From Dehalococcoidia bacterium (GTDB lineage Bacteria; Chloroflexota; Dehalococcoidia; Bin125), in NCBI GenBank assembly GCA_963555985.3, contig OY820591.1, forward strand, positions 2,464,001 to 2,528,000: a stretch of 64,000 nt of DNA, written 5' to 3'. Numbering within the stretch: the first letter of the stretch is position 1; each line of letters opens with the position of its first letter. Below are positions 43,358 through 53,485 of this stretch, piece after piece. Position numbers and translations under genes: made by a program. The notes beneath the pieces were generated by a model. It worked only from the letters and a program-made list of their open reading frames with translations. It ran no database searches and was not told where the DNA came from.

Positions 43358-43481
43358 GTCGGGGTTGGAGCCTCTCGGATGGGCGTGATCGTTGTGCGAT
43401 GGGGACAGGATACCGATGCGCTCCGCAGGGGCTAGCAACTGGATAACCCTTGCCGGGGGGTCAGTGTTTGCATCTGGGCGG

Positions 43482-43582
43482 ACCCCCCTCTGTCACTACG
43501 TGACATCTCCCCCCGCAGTGCGGGGGGAGAGATAAAGGGAGCTTTCGGATCAGCTCTCTCCCTGCTTACGCAGGGAGAGAGC
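43482..43582. repeat. Family-A repeat plus a perfect 13-bp-stem hairpin (possible terminator of the binding-protein gene)
   Basis: Family-A copy 43482-43531; GCTCTCTCCCTGC-TTAC-GCAGGGAGAGAGC at 43553-43582. Confidence 0.8.
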
Positions 43583-43601
43583 GGGGTCGTGCGAGGGAGC
43601 G

Positions 43602-45620
43602 TTAGGTGCGGTTGCCGGGGTAGTCGGGGTGGCCGGTGTCGTACCAGAACTCTTTGCGCCAGTGCCAGCCTTCGCGCTCCCAGACCTGATGGGTAGCGCG
43701 ATAGGGCGCGTGCAGATAGGGCCAGTGGATCGAGGTGTCGATGCCATTGCCCATGACCGAGAAGCCGGCGAAGCTGTCGAGGCCGTAGCGGTCGTCCTCG
43801 CCCAGCAGGTTCCAGGAGACTTCCATCGCCATCTCGCGGCGCGCTTCGGCGTCAAGCGTGACTTTCATCTTCTTGACGATCTCCTCGGTCGGCGGGTGGT
43901 TGTAGTGCTCCCAGTTCTCCGAGCCGCCGTAGACGAGGCGCGCGTTCCACTGTCCGGTCGGGTCGCCCGTGCCAGCGCCGACCCAGATCGGCATGTGTCC
44001 GGGGAAGTTGCCGGTCGCCAACTGGGCGAAGATGGCGTCATAGGGCTCGAGCGCGATGTTGATTTTCACTCCCAGCGCTTCCTCGAACATGTTCTGGTAG
44101 AGCTCGGAGGAACCCTGGTAGAGGCCCTCGAAGATGTCGGCCACGACCAGATCGAACTCGTGCCCCTCCTCGATCCCGGCCGCGCGGATCAGCTCACGCG
44201 CAGTGGCGTTGTCCGCTTCCTTGTCCGGGCCGTAACCCGGCAGCGTGCGCATCGTCTCCTGATCGATCGACCAGCCGTGGTACCAGTTGATGTGCTGGAT
44301 CGTGGACGGTTTGCCGGCGCCGAGGTAGACGAAGTCGATGATCGCGTCGCGGTCCATGGCCAAGTGGAAGGCGTAGGGCACGCGCCGGTCGACCCAGGGG
44401 TTGTCCGGCATTTCCGGGTTGAAGTTGAAGCGCATCGCCAGCGGCAGGACGACGCCGCGCTCGAAGCGGATGTGCTCGGGGAAGTCCTCGGCGATGCCTT
44501 CGATGGCCAAGAGGTTGAGGCTGACTGCGTCGAGGTCGCCGTTGCGGTAGGCCGTCTCGACCGCCGTTTGGTCGCTGATGATGACCCAGGTGATGGAATC
44601 GAGGAAGGGCATCTGCTGACCTTCGAGCGACTTCCAGTAGTCGGGGTTGCGCTCCAGATGCAGGCGGCCTTCCGGCTCGAAGATCGTGGGGATGAACGGC
44701 CCGCAGCCGGAGACTAGATCGACGTTGGTCTGATCGTCCATCCAGTCCCCGTGCCAGAGTTCCATCGCCTCGATTGAGGTCATGAACGAATAGCCCATGT
44801 GCACGGTCTCGAGATAGGTGGCGTTGGGGCCGTCGGTCTTGCAGACCATCGTGGTGTCGTCGGGTACGTCTAGCGAGGCGGTCTCGGCGTACTGGGCCTG
44901 TCGAGCGAAGCGAGAATCGGGCACGCCATCGACATCGAGGGCTTCGATCTGGCGGACGATGTTCGCCTCGGCGTCGCGGGCGGTAAAGAGCCGTCCGCCC
45001 TCGGTCGGGTAGCGATCCCAGAACTTCGCGCCCTGGTCGAAGCGAAAGATATAGGTCTCTTCGTCCGGGATTTCCGGCAGCGAAGACAGGTCCGCTCCAT
45101 AGACCGGTCCGGCGTTGTCGTTGATCTCGACCAAGCGGCCCATGGAGTCGTTGTAGACCTGGAAGGGGTGGGCGAGGTTGGTGCGGTGGGGATCGAAGCC
45201 GTCCCAGTTTGGCGGCGTGTAGACCGAGTAGTTGCCGCCGTACTGTCGCTGGCCGGCATCGGCCGAGACCTGCTGCTGTTGCGCCTGTTGCTGCTGTTGG
45301 GCGGCCTGCTGCTGCGCTTGTTGCTCGGCGGCTTCTTCCTGAGCGGCCTGCTGCTGCGCCTGTTGTTCGGCTTGCTGCTGCTGAGCGGCTTGCTGCTGGG
45401 CTTGCTGTTGTTGGACTTGTTGCTGAGCAGCCTGTTGCTGGGCTTGCTGCTGTTGCTGCTGGACTTGGGCGACTGTTTGCTGAGCGTCGTCATCGTCGTC
45501 GCCGCAGCCGACCAGGGCAAGACCGGCGGCGCCGACGCCGGCGCGTCCGGAGGCGCGCAGGATGGCGCGCCTGCTCATGCGATTGCGCTTCATTCGCTGC
45601 CAGTAGTTTGGGCGTTCCAT
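43602..45620 (-). CDS. Family-5 ABC substrate-binding lipoprotein with Tat signal and poly-Gln linker
   Basis: SRRAILR...ALVGC; FDPH, G.GPF, LERNPDYW, PFLD.I, A.DRDAI. Confidence 0.9.
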   Translation of the reverse strand: MERPNYWQRMKRNRMSRRAILRASGRAGVGAAGLALVGCGDDDDDAQQTVAQVQQQQQQAQQQAAQQQVQQQQAQQQAAQQQQAEQQAQQQAAQEEAAEQQAQQQAAQQQQQAQQQQVSADAGQRQYGGNYSVYTPPNWDGFDPHRTNLAHPFQVYNDSMGRLVEINDNAGPVYGADLSSLPEIPDEETYIFRFDQGAKFWDRYPTEGGRLFTARDAEANIVRQIEALDVDGVPDSRFARQAQYAETASLDVPDDTTMVCKTDGPNATYLETVHMGYSFMTSIEAMELWHGDWMDDQTNVDLVSGCGPFIPTIFEPEGRLHLERNPDYWKSLEGQQMPFLDSITWVIISDQTAVETAYRNGDLDAVSLNLLAIEGIAEDFPEHIRFERGVVLPLAMRFNFNPEMPDNPWVDRRVPYAFHLAMDRDAIIDFVYLGAGKPSTIQHINWYHGWSIDQETMRTLPGYGPDKEADNATARELIRAAGIEEGHEFDLVVADIFEGLYQGSSELYQNMFEEALGVKINIALEPYDAIFAQLATGNFPGHMPIWVGAGTGDPTGQWNARLVYGGSENWEHYNHPPTEEIVKKMKVTLDAEARREMAMEVSWNLLGEDDRYGLDSFAGFSVMGNGIDTSIHWPYLHAPYRATHQVWEREGWHWRKEFWYDTGHPDYPGNRT

Positions 45621-45775
45621 GGGTCTCGCTCCTTCGCTGTACGCGCGCGCAGCGCGTGCATTGTGCTTGTGTGCGGGAGTCTAACGGGATGCTCCTACGT
45701 CATGTAGACGCGGTAGCGGCCGGGTTGCGGGGCCGGATCGAGTTTGCTGTGCTTGGGCTGTTGAGCAGCGGTCGG

Positions 45776-45825
45776 ACCCCCCTCTGCCGCTTCGCGGCGT
45801 CTCCCCCCGCACTGCGGGGGGAGAG
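45776..45825. repeat. Family-A repeat
   Basis: ACCCCCCTCTGCCGCTTCGCGGCGTCTCCCCCCGCACTGCGGGGGGAGAG. Confidence 0.85.
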
Positions 45826-45880
45826 TGGGAGTGGGATTGGTCGGACCTTATCCGTCGCTGCACGAGGTCTCGGCGCGGTG

Positions 45881-46306
45881 TTAGGGGAGCGGCAACTCGA
45901 CTCCGACCTGTTGGCAGAGGCGGATGATGGTGTCGCGCAGATCGGCCTCGCGCCCGCCGACCTCCCAGGGCCACTCAATCCACCGTCCGGGGTACTCGCC
46001 GGTGCGTTTGTCGATCAGCGCATAGGTCTCGAGTCCGTGCTCCGCCCGCAGGCGGCGCGCGGTCGCGCCGGAGTCGACGATGTCGTCAATGGCGATGTCT
46101 GCGGCCTGCGGTTCGTCGACAACGTTCATGCGTCCCGAACCGGCGAGCATTGCCGCGACGAACAATCCCCCTCGGGGGACGGGGTAGGCCGCGATCCGGT
46201 TGTCGCCGTGGGACTCGCACACGCGGCGCTCAAGCTGTCGCGCCAACTCATAAGCCTCTGTCCACGTCACCTTGATGACGCGGTGGTCAGGGCTTGGAGG
46301 GGGCAA
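45881..46306 (-). CDS. Short type-I phosphoribosyltransferase-like protein
   Basis: VPRGG, IDDIVDSGAT PRPP loop, WIEWPWE; start codon uncertain. Confidence 0.75.
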   Translation of the reverse strand: MPPPSPDHRVIKVTWTEAYELARQLERRVCESHGDNRIAAYPVPRGGLFVAAMLAGSGRMNVVDEPQAADIAIDDIVDSGATARRLRAEHGLETYALIDKRTGEYPGRWIEWPWEVGGREADLRDTIIRLCQQVGVELPLP

Positions 46307-46307
46307 C

Positions 46308-47462
46308 TCAGTCGCCTCCGCCGGCGGCGGCCAGCAGGCCCACTTCCTCCACCGCGCCGAAGTCGGGGAGGCGGGTGAGGGGTGCGCGCTCGGGCTCCTC
46401 GAAGGCGGGCATGACCTCGCGGGCGAAGAGCTTGAGCGAAGCGAGAATCTTCTCGTGCGGCACCACCTGGTCGAAGTTGATCAGGAAGACCATGCGGTCG
46501 ACGCCGATCTCCTCCCACTGGCGGAGGGCGGCGATCACGGTGTCGGGATTGCCGATTGGGGTGCCCTGCTGGAGCGGGTTGATCACGTCGCCGGGGCGGT
46601 CGCGGAGCTGGATCGCGCTGGCCTGGGAGCTGTAGGCGGGCGAGGGGTAGATGCTGCCGACGCCGACCAGGTGGGCGGCGGCGCTCATGAAGGCCATCGC
46701 GCCGGCCCCGCCGAGCGCCATTGCTTCCTCGTCGGTCTCGCCGGTGTACATCCAGCCGACGCCGTTGACCTGGTTGTTGACGAACTTGCCTACGGGGTCG
46801 GCGTTGCGGATCACGCGGCGGTAGTCGGCGATGCGCTGTTCGTACTGGGCGGGGGTGCCGATCGAGACGCCGAGCAGACCCATGCCGCGCTCGGCGGCCT
46901 GGATCGCGGTTTCGGGGCTGGAGACGGCGACCCACATGGGCGGGTGCGGCTTCTGCACGGGCTTGGGGATGATCGCGCGCTCGGGCATGGAGAAGTACTT
47001 GCCGTCCCAGCCGGCGATCTCGTTCGTCCACATGTGAGGAATGGCGCGGATCACCTCGTCCCACATGTCTTTGGTGTCGTCCGGTTCGACCTGGAAGCCG
47101 CCGAGTTCGGTCCAGGTGGCGGCGCGGCCGGTACCGAATTCGAGCCGTCCGTTGGAGATGATGTCGAGCGCGGCGGCGCGTTCGGCGACGCGGGCGGGGT
47201 GGTTGACCTGGGGCAGGCAGAGCGCGATGCCCTGGCCGATGTGGATGTTCTCGGTCATCGCGGCGGCGGCGGAGAGGAAGACTTCCGGGGCGGGTGAGTG
47301 GCTGTACTCCTCGAGGAAGTGGTGCTCGACTTCCCAGACCTGATCGAAGCCGAGTTCGTCGGCCAGACAGATCTGTTCGAGCGCCTGGTGGTAGACGCGC
47401 CACTCGGAGGTTTCGGTCCAGGGGCGCTGGACGGAGTGTTCGTAGAAGATGCCGAATTTCAT
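46308..47462 (-). CDS. LLM-class flavin-dependent oxidoreductase
   Basis: MKFGIF, ADELGFD.VW.VEHHF, AERAA.LD..S.GRLEFG.GR, PKPVQKPHPP. Confidence 0.92.
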   Translation of the reverse strand: MKFGIFYEHSVQRPWTETSEWRVYHQALEQICLADELGFDQVWEVEHHFLEEYSHSPAPEVFLSAAAAMTENIHIGQGIALCLPQVNHPARVAERAAALDIISNGRLEFGTGRAATWTELGGFQVEPDDTKDMWDEVIRAIPHMWTNEIAGWDGKYFSMPERAIIPKPVQKPHPPMWVAVSSPETAIQAAERGMGLLGVSIGTPAQYEQRIADYRRVIRNADPVGKFVNNQVNGVGWMYTGETDEEAMALGGAGAMAFMSAAAHLVGVGSIYPSPAYSSQASAIQLRDRPGDVINPLQQGTPIGNPDTVIAALRQWEEIGVDRMVFLINFDQVVPHEKILASLKLFAREVMPAFEEPERAPLTRLPDFGAVEEVGLLAAAGGGD

Positions 47463-47657
47463 ATCAGTCTCGCTGTTCCTTGGGCGGCTCCCGGCCTGCT
47501 TCTCGACACACGCAGCCGATTGCGCCCAGCGGTTCGTTGACGCGACCCCTAGCTTGCGATCGGGGCGTCGCAGAGATGCTAGCATTCTGCGCGCGCGCCG
47601 GTGAGGAACTCGACCGCCGCGCTCCGGCAGGATTCCAGCGGAGAGGCGCGAGAGGCT

Positions 47658-48518
47658 ATGTCGGTCGCCATCGTCTGTGATTCATCGGTCGATCTGCCCG
47701 CTGCGCTGCTCGCCGAACGGGGGTTGCGCACTGCGCCGGTCGGCTACAGCCTCGGCGCGGTCCACTACAAGCAGGGCGAGCAGACGAGCGCCGATTTCTA
47801 CGACGCAGTGGCCGGCGGCGCGCGCCTGACCTTGACCGGCGTCACCTCCGAAGACTGGGAGGCGGTGATCCAGGAGGCGGGCGGGGATGTCGATGAGGGC
47901 GTGATCTGTCTCTGCCAGGCGTTTGGCTCGTCGAGTCCGTCGTTTGACGCGGCCGAATACGCATCGCGGCGGTTGGAGCATTTTCAGCAACTCGACGTAC
48001 GCATCCACCAGACGCCGCGCTCAACAGCCGGTCAGGCAGCGATCGCGCTGGCGGTGGCGCGGGTCGCGCAGACCGGCGCAGACCGCGCCGCAGTCGACCA
48101 TGCGCTTGATGAAGTCAGTTTCAGCGCCGACATCTTCATGCTGGCGCCGGATGTGGACGGTCTGGATCGTGCAGGCGAACTCTCGGCGGTGCAGTCGGCG
48201 AGCGGGATTGGCTCGCTCGATTTCGGCGTGCCGGTGTTTCGGGCGCGGGATCGGATCAAGGCGGTGGAGTTGGCGGATGACGCTGAGCAGGCGGAAGACT
48301 CGCTGCTGGAACACGCGGCGCGGATCCTGGACGGGCAGCCGGCGATTCTGGTCGTGACGCACGCGCTCGCGCCCGAGGCGGCGGCGCGTTTGCAGGAGAA
48401 GGCAGCGGCGCAGCTCAACGTTGACGAGCTGCACGTGTCCGAACTGGGTCCCACTGTCGGCGGACTGCTTGGAGCCGGGGCGTGGGGTCTGGGGTTCTGC
48501 CAGGCGCCGCCGACGTAA
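47658..48518 (+). CDS. DegV-family fatty-acid-binding protein (divergent)
   Basis: VAIVCDSS.DLP, V.HA, ELGP.VG...G.GA.G. Confidence 0.75.
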   Translation: MSVAIVCDSSVDLPAALLAERGLRTAPVGYSLGAVHYKQGEQTSADFYDAVAGGARLTLTGVTSEDWEAVIQEAGGDVDEGVICLCQAFGSSSPSFDAAEYASRRLEHFQQLDVRIHQTPRSTAGQAAIALAVARVAQTGADRAAVDHALDEVSFSADIFMLAPDVDGLDRAGELSAVQSASGIGSLDFGVPVFRARDRIKAVELADDAEQAEDSLLEHAARILDGQPAILVVTHALAPEAAARLQEKAAAQLNVDELHVSELGPTVGGLLGAGAWGLGFCQAPPT

Positions 48519-48576
48519 GGCTCGCACGAATTGAGAGGACGGCCGGGCGTGATCGGCCCGGCGGGAAGGAAGCATC

Positions 48577-49290
48577 ATGCCTGAAGCCGGTTTGATCGAT
48601 AGCACCAGCCTGCCCGCCGTGAGCGCCGAATCGGACGCGGCCGCTCCGCCTTGGGAGATTGGCGAGGCGGTCGTGCAGCACATCACCTATGAGGTGCCGG
48701 TCGCCAATGCGCGGCGCAATTTGCCCGATGTGGTGACGCGCTCCGCGCCCACCTACGGACGGGTGAGCGTGATCGACCGAGCCGACAGTCCGGTGGGGCC
48801 GTACCGTGAGGCGTTGCTCTCGGTCGGTTGCCGGGTGGGGATGATTCCGGCGCTCTATGTCGTGGCGGCGGTGGTCAACACGGAAGCGGCGCGCGATGCG
48901 ATCGCCGCGCACTGGGGCTACTTGCCCACGGTCGGAGAGATCGGGTTCGAGCGCGGGGACGACGCGATCCGGTCGACGATCGATGCGGGCGACGGATTGA
49001 CGGTGAGCCTGCACTCGCCGATCGCGGAGGCGGCGGCGACCGCGATCGTGCGTTATGACCCGCTGCTGGTGGTGCAGCCGCAGGATGGTCGGGGAGCGGC
49101 CTCGGAGATTCCCTGCGAGCACGATGTGCGGCTGGCCTGGCTGGCGCGCGCGAGCGCTCTGAGCTACGAGGGCGGGTCGCGTTCGCATCCGTGGATTCAG
49201 TTGCGCCCGTCGAACGCGATCACGGCGGTGGCGGCGGTGGAGGGTCAGCGGATCGATCCGGCGGCGGCGATTGAGTTGCCGGGCGGGTAG
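48577..49290 (+). CDS. Acetoacetate decarboxylase-fold protein
   Basis: DSPVGPY.EA.L, WG motif. Confidence 0.6.
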   Translation: MPEAGLIDSTSLPAVSAESDAAAPPWEIGEAVVQHITYEVPVANARRNLPDVVTRSAPTYGRVSVIDRADSPVGPYREALLSVGCRVGMIPALYVVAAVVNTEAARDAIAAHWGYLPTVGEIGFERGDDAIRSTIDAGDGLTVSLHSPIAEAAATAIVRYDPLLVVQPQDGRGAASEIPCEHDVRLAWLARASALSYEGGSRSHPWIQLRPSNAITAVAAVEGQRIDPAAAIELPGG

Positions 49291-49316
49291 GGGCTGTTCG
49301 CATTTGCCGTCCTGCT

Positions 49317-49415
49317 CCGTCATTGCCGCGCTTTGCCGCGGCAATCTCGATGTGTTCCGCACCGACGTCTGTGCTCGACTCGGCGAGATACCCGCGGCAA
49401 GCGCGGGTATGACGG
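49317..49415. repeat. Family-B REP-like inverted hairpin pair
   Basis: CCGTCATTGCCGCG..CGCGGCAATCTCG and CGAGATACCCGCG..CGCGGGTATGACGG. Confidence 0.82.
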
Positions 49416-49523
49416 TGTTTCTTGGGCGCGGATGTGTGGAAGCAGCGTGGCGGATAGAATTCGGGGCATCGCCCATGCTACGGGCGTCTGCAACGCGCCG
49501 ATGGGCCGTCTCTTGAGTTCTCC

Positions 49524-50942
49524 GTGATCACCCGCCTTCGCAACGCCTACTACGGCTGGTACCTGCTGATTGTCGCCGTGATTGGGATGGCGATTGCTTC
49601 GGGTGTCTCGTTCTGGGTGCTGGGCTACTACGTGACGCCGCTGGAGGAGGAGTTCGGCTGGTCGCGGACGCTGTTGCAGACGGGCATCTCGGTCTCATTC
49701 CTGATTAGCGGACTCGGCTCGCCGCTGGCGGGCAAGGTCGTGGATCGTTGGGGTCCCAGACGGTCGATCATCTGGGGGACGGTGTTTACCTGCGGCTCGT
49801 ACGTGTTGCTGGCGACCACATCTTCGATCTGGGAGTGGTACCTCTATTCGTCGATCAATGCGTTCTTCCGCGGGTTCATGTTCTACATCCCCTTCCAAGT
49901 GCTGATCTCGCGCTGGTTCGAGCGTAAGCGCGGTCGCGCGGTCGGGATCATGGCGATGGGCTTCTCGCTGGGCGTGGTCTTGGTACCGGTGATGCAGCGG
50001 CTGATCGACGATGTGGGCTGGGAGGCGTCGTTCATCTTCGCGGCCGTCATTCTGGCGGTGAGCTTCCTACCGATCGGCTTGTTCGTCGTGCGCGATCATC
50101 CGCGCGATATGGGGCTCGAAGTGGACGGCGAACCGGTACCGGCGAACGGCGCTGCGGGCGGCGCGAGGGTGTTCAGCGGGCTAACCGTGAGCGAGGCGAT
50201 CCGCACCTGGAACTTCTGGGTGATCGCGCTGGCGTTCATGATGTTCTTCTTCGGCATGTTCGGCTGGATGTTCAATGGGACGCCGGTCTTCGAGTCGTAT
50301 GGCATTGCTCGAGAGACGATCGCGCTGCTCATGCTGATCCAGGGTCTGGGCGGGATGATCTCGCGGCCGGCCTTCGGCCTGTTGGCCGAGCGGATCCCGT
50401 CGATTGAATTGGCATCGGTCGGGCTGGCCGCGATCATGGCGGCGGGCATGATCAACTTGCTGATCTTGCACGAGCCGATGCTCTACGTCTCGATCGGGAT
50501 TTTCATCTTCTGCTGGTTCATCGGCTCGGCCGGCGGGCCGGTCTTGGAGCCGCTGATCTTGCCCAAGGTGTTCGGGATGGCGCACTTCGGCGCGATCATG
50601 GGGACGATGTTCATGATTGAGACGATCGGGCAGTTCCTGGTGCCGACCGTTGCGGGGGCGATCTATGACATCACCGGCTCGTATAACTACTTGCTGGTGA
50701 CCTTCATCCTCTGTCTCGTGGCGGGGATGTTCTTCTTTGCGCTGGCGCACTACATTCCGAATCCGCGGATTCCGAGTCCGGTGGTGCGGCCTCGGGTGAT
50801 CATGTCTCGGCTGGTGCGTCAGTTGGTGGCGCGGCCGTTGCCTCAGCAGGCGGCGGGGAGCAATGGGGTGAGCGGGAATGGGGCGGGGCGGGTTGGGGGT
50901 GCGTCGGTGCCGCAGCGGAGCGGTTGGGGCGAGCGGGGCTGA
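49524..50942 (+). CDS. MFS transporter
   Basis: About 12 TM helices; YYGW, EFGWSR, G..VDRWGPRR, RWF..KRG.A. Confidence 0.9.
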   Translation: MITRLRNAYYGWYLLIVAVIGMAIASGVSFWVLGYYVTPLEEEFGWSRTLLQTGISVSFLISGLGSPLAGKVVDRWGPRRSIIWGTVFTCGSYVLLATTSSIWEWYLYSSINAFFRGFMFYIPFQVLISRWFERKRGRAVGIMAMGFSLGVVLVPVMQRLIDDVGWEASFIFAAVILAVSFLPIGLFVVRDHPRDMGLEVDGEPVPANGAAGGARVFSGLTVSEAIRTWNFWVIALAFMMFFFGMFGWMFNGTPVFESYGIARETIALLMLIQGLGGMISRPAFGLLAERIPSIELASVGLAAIMAAGMINLLILHEPMLYVSIGIFIFCWFIGSAGGPVLEPLILPKVFGMAHFGAIMGTMFMIETIGQFLVPTVAGAIYDITGSYNYLLVTFILCLVAGMFFFALAHYIPNPRIPSPVVRPRVIMSRLVRQLVARPLPQQAAGSNGVSGNGAGRVGGASVPQRSGWGERG

Positions 50943-50958
50943 CTTGGTTGGTGGGGGG

Positions 50959-51044
50959 ACCCCCCTCTGCCTTCGGCATCTCCCCCCGCAAGGGGGGGAG
51001 AGGGGAGGTAGGAAGCTGCATCTCCCCCTTGCGGGGGGGGGAGA
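50959..51044. repeat. Family-A repeat plus partial second copy between convergent genes
   Basis: ACCCCCCTCTGCCTTCGGCATCTCCCCCCGCAAGGGGGGGAGAG, then CATCTCCCCC..GGGGGAGA. Confidence 0.8.
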
Positions 51045-51062
51045 CGGGGAGGTGGGAAGGGG

Positions 51063-51368
51063 TTAGAAGATGCCGAGTTCGAATTTGGCTTCGTCGGAGC
51101 ACATTTCGCGGGGATCCCAGGGGGGGGAGAAGACGATTTCGGACTCTACGTTGTCGACGCCCTCGATGGTGGAAGCGGCCTGTTCGATTTGGGCTTTGAT
51201 CATGGGGCCGACGGGGCAGGCGGGGGAGGTGAGGGTGAACTGGATCTTGACGCTGTCGTCGGTAGGGGATTCGACGCCGTAGACGAGGCCGAGGTCGACG
51301 ATGTTGATGCCGATTTCGGGGTCGAAGACGGTTTTGAGGGCTTCGAGGACTTGTTGTTCGCTGGCCAT
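51063..51368 (-). CDS. DUF59/SufT-like Fe-S assembly protein
   Basis: V.DPEIG.NIVDLGLVY, TLTSP.CP, PPW. Confidence 0.9.
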   Translation of the reverse strand: MASEQQVLEALKTVFDPEIGINIVDLGLVYGVESPTDDSVKIQFTLTSPACPVGPMIKAQIEQAASTIEGVDNVESEIVFSPPWDPREMCSDEAKFELGIF

Positions 51369-51379
51369 GTCGGTGCTCC

Positions 51380-51886
51380 TCAGTTGCTGGTGACGCGGGT
51401 GGGGATGTCGGAGTCGTCTTCGAGGGTATCGCCGGCGGCCCGGGCGAGGGCTTGGTCGAGCACTTTCCAGGCGAGCAGGCCGCATTTGATGCGGACGGGG
51501 AAGCGGGCCACGCCGGAGAGGGCTTCGAGGTCGCCGAGGTCGACCGCATCGAGGTCGAAGCGGTCGTCGGTGAGCATCTGCTGGACGTGTCGGGAGGTCC
51601 GGCGGGCCTGGGCGAGGGATTGTCCGCCGATGGCTTCGGTCATCATGGAGGCGCTGCTTTGGGAGATGGAACAGCCGCTGCCGCCGAAGCCGAGGGCGCT
51701 GACGGCGTCGCCGTCGATCACCATTGAGAGTTGGATTTCGTCGCCGCAGGAGGGGTTGAAGCCTTCGGCGGAAACGGTGGCGTCGTCGCGTTGGCCGCGG
51801 TTGCGGGGGCGGCGATAGTGTTCGAGGATCACGTCGCGGTAGAGCTCGTCGAGGTCGACCGGATTCTGTGCTTCGCGGTTGGCCAT
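51380..51886 (-). CDS. sufU: SUF system NifU-like protein SufU
   Basis: LY..VILEHY..PRN, NPSCGD, GCSISQ.SAS, RIKC. Confidence 0.92.
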   Translation of the reverse strand: MANREAQNPVDLDELYRDVILEHYRRPRNRGQRDDATVSAEGFNPSCGDEIQLSMVIDGDAVSALGFGGSGCSISQSSASMMTEAIGGQSLAQARRTSRHVQQMLTDDRFDLDAVDLGDLEALSGVARFPVRIKCGLLAWKVLDQALARAAGDTLEDDSDIPTRVTSN

Positions 51887-51902
51887 GGGCCGGTGGTCCG
51901 TT

Positions 51903-53165
51903 TCAGCTGCTGAGGGCGGCGGCGCGCTCGAAGCCGAAGTATTCGCCCGCTTCGAGGAGGCCTTCGACGAGGGCGTCGACTTCTTCGCGTTGGTTGTAGA
52001 GATAGAACGATGCTCGTGCGGTAGCGGGAACGTTGAGCGTTCGCATGAGCGGTTGGGCGCAATGGTGTCCGGCGCGGACGGCGACGCCCGAGCGATCGAG
52101 GATGGTGGCGACGTCGTGGGAGTGGATGTCGCGGTAGTTGAAGGCGACGACCGCGCCGCGTTCGGCGGGGTCGGCGGGGCCGTAGATTTCCATGCCCTCC
52201 AGCCGCGAGAGGCGGTCTACGGCGTAGCCGACCAGATCGGCGTCGTGGGCGGCGATCTGGTCCATGCCGAGGTCGTTGAGGTAATCGAGGGCTGCGCCGA
52301 AGGCGATCACGTCGGCGATGTTGGGTGTGCCGGCCTCGAACTTGTGGGGGAGCGCGGCCCAGGTGGATTCTTCGCGGTTGACGACGCTGATCATTTCGCC
52401 GCCGCCGAGGAAGGGATCGAGGTCGGCCAGCAGTTCGCGGCGCCCCCAGAGCACGCCGACTCCGGTGGGGCCAAGCATCTTGTGCGCGGAGAAGGCGATG
52501 TAGTCAGCGCCTAGCTCGGCCACATCGAGGGGGATGTGGGGAGCGCTCTGGGCGGCGTCCAGGATCAGGGTTGCGCCGACGGCGCGGGACATTTCGGCGA
52601 GTTCGGGGACCGGGGTGATCGAGCCGAGCACGTTGGACATGTGGACGACGGAAACGATGCGGGTGGCGGGGCCGATTGCGGCGCGGGCGGAATCGAGGTC
52701 GGGCTGCTGATCGTCGTTGAGTTCGATGAAGCGCAGCTTTGCGCCGCTGCGCTGGGCGGCGAGCTGCCAGGGGACGAGGTTGGAGTGGTGCTCGGCGGTG
52801 GTGAGCACGATTTCGTCGCCCGGTCGCAAGCGCGCTCCGAGGGTGTAAGCGAGGAGATTGAGGGATTCGGTGGTGTTGCGGGTGAAGACGATCTCGCGCT
52901 GGCTGGCTGCGCCGATGAAGTCGGCGGTCTTGGCGCGGACGCCCTCGTAAGCGGCGGTGGCTTCTTCGGCGAGGGTGTGGAGGCCGCGATGGATGTTGGC
53001 GTTGATCGTGGAGTAGTAGGCGCTGAGGGCGTCGATCACGGACTGGGGCTTTTGGGTGGTGGCGGCGTTGTCGAGGTAGACGAGGGGATGTCCGTGCACC
53101 TCGCGGCGGAGGATGGGGAAATCGGCGCGGATCGCCGCCGGATCGAGCACACGGGTGGTGGTCAT
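51903..53165 (-). CDS. sufS: Cysteine desulfurase SufS
   Basis: YLDNAATTQKP, EHHSN.VPW, S.HKM.GPTG.G, RAGHHCAQP. Confidence 0.95.
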   Translation of the reverse strand: MTTTRVLDPAAIRADFPILRREVHGHPLVYLDNAATTQKPQSVIDALSAYYSTINANIHRGLHTLAEEATAAYEGVRAKTADFIGAASQREIVFTRNTTESLNLLAYTLGARLRPGDEIVLTTAEHHSNLVPWQLAAQRSGAKLRFIELNDDQQPDLDSARAAIGPATRIVSVVHMSNVLGSITPVPELAEMSRAVGATLILDAAQSAPHIPLDVAELGADYIAFSAHKMLGPTGVGVLWGRRELLADLDPFLGGGEMISVVNREESTWAALPHKFEAGTPNIADVIAFGAALDYLNDLGMDQIAAHDADLVGYAVDRLSRLEGMEIYGPADPAERGAVVAFNYRDIHSHDVATILDRSGVAVRAGHHCAQPLMRTLNVPATARASFYLYNQREEVDALVEGLLEAGEYFGFERAAALSS

Positions 53166-53485
53166 GCGTCCGGGTCGATTCGGATTTCGCCGTCGATGAT
53201 CTCGACGGGGTAGCAGCGGACGCGGCCGATGGCGGGGAGGGTCTTGGCCTGGCCGGTGGTGACGTCGAAGAGGGCGCCGTGGCGGGGGCATTCGATGAGG
53301 TCGCCGTCCAGTTCGCCTTCGCCCAGGGGTCCGTCGTCGTGGGTGCAGCGGTTCTCGATGGCGTAGACGCCGCCGCCGGCGCCGGCTTCGACGTGGCAGA
53401 GGGCGATGCTTTGGCCGTCGATTTCGACGACGCGGGCGGCGCCTTCGGGCAGATCGTGCAGGGGGCCGACGCTGCGGGCGGTCAT
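53162..53485 (-). CDS. Rieske-type ferredoxin
   Basis: CTH and CPRHG Rieske motifs. Confidence 0.92.
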   Translation of the reverse strand: MTARSVGPLHDLPEGAARVVEIDGQSIALCHVEAGAGGGVYAIENRCTHDDGPLGEGELDGDLIECPRHGALFDVTTGQAKTLPAIGRVRCYPVEIIDGEIRIDPDA

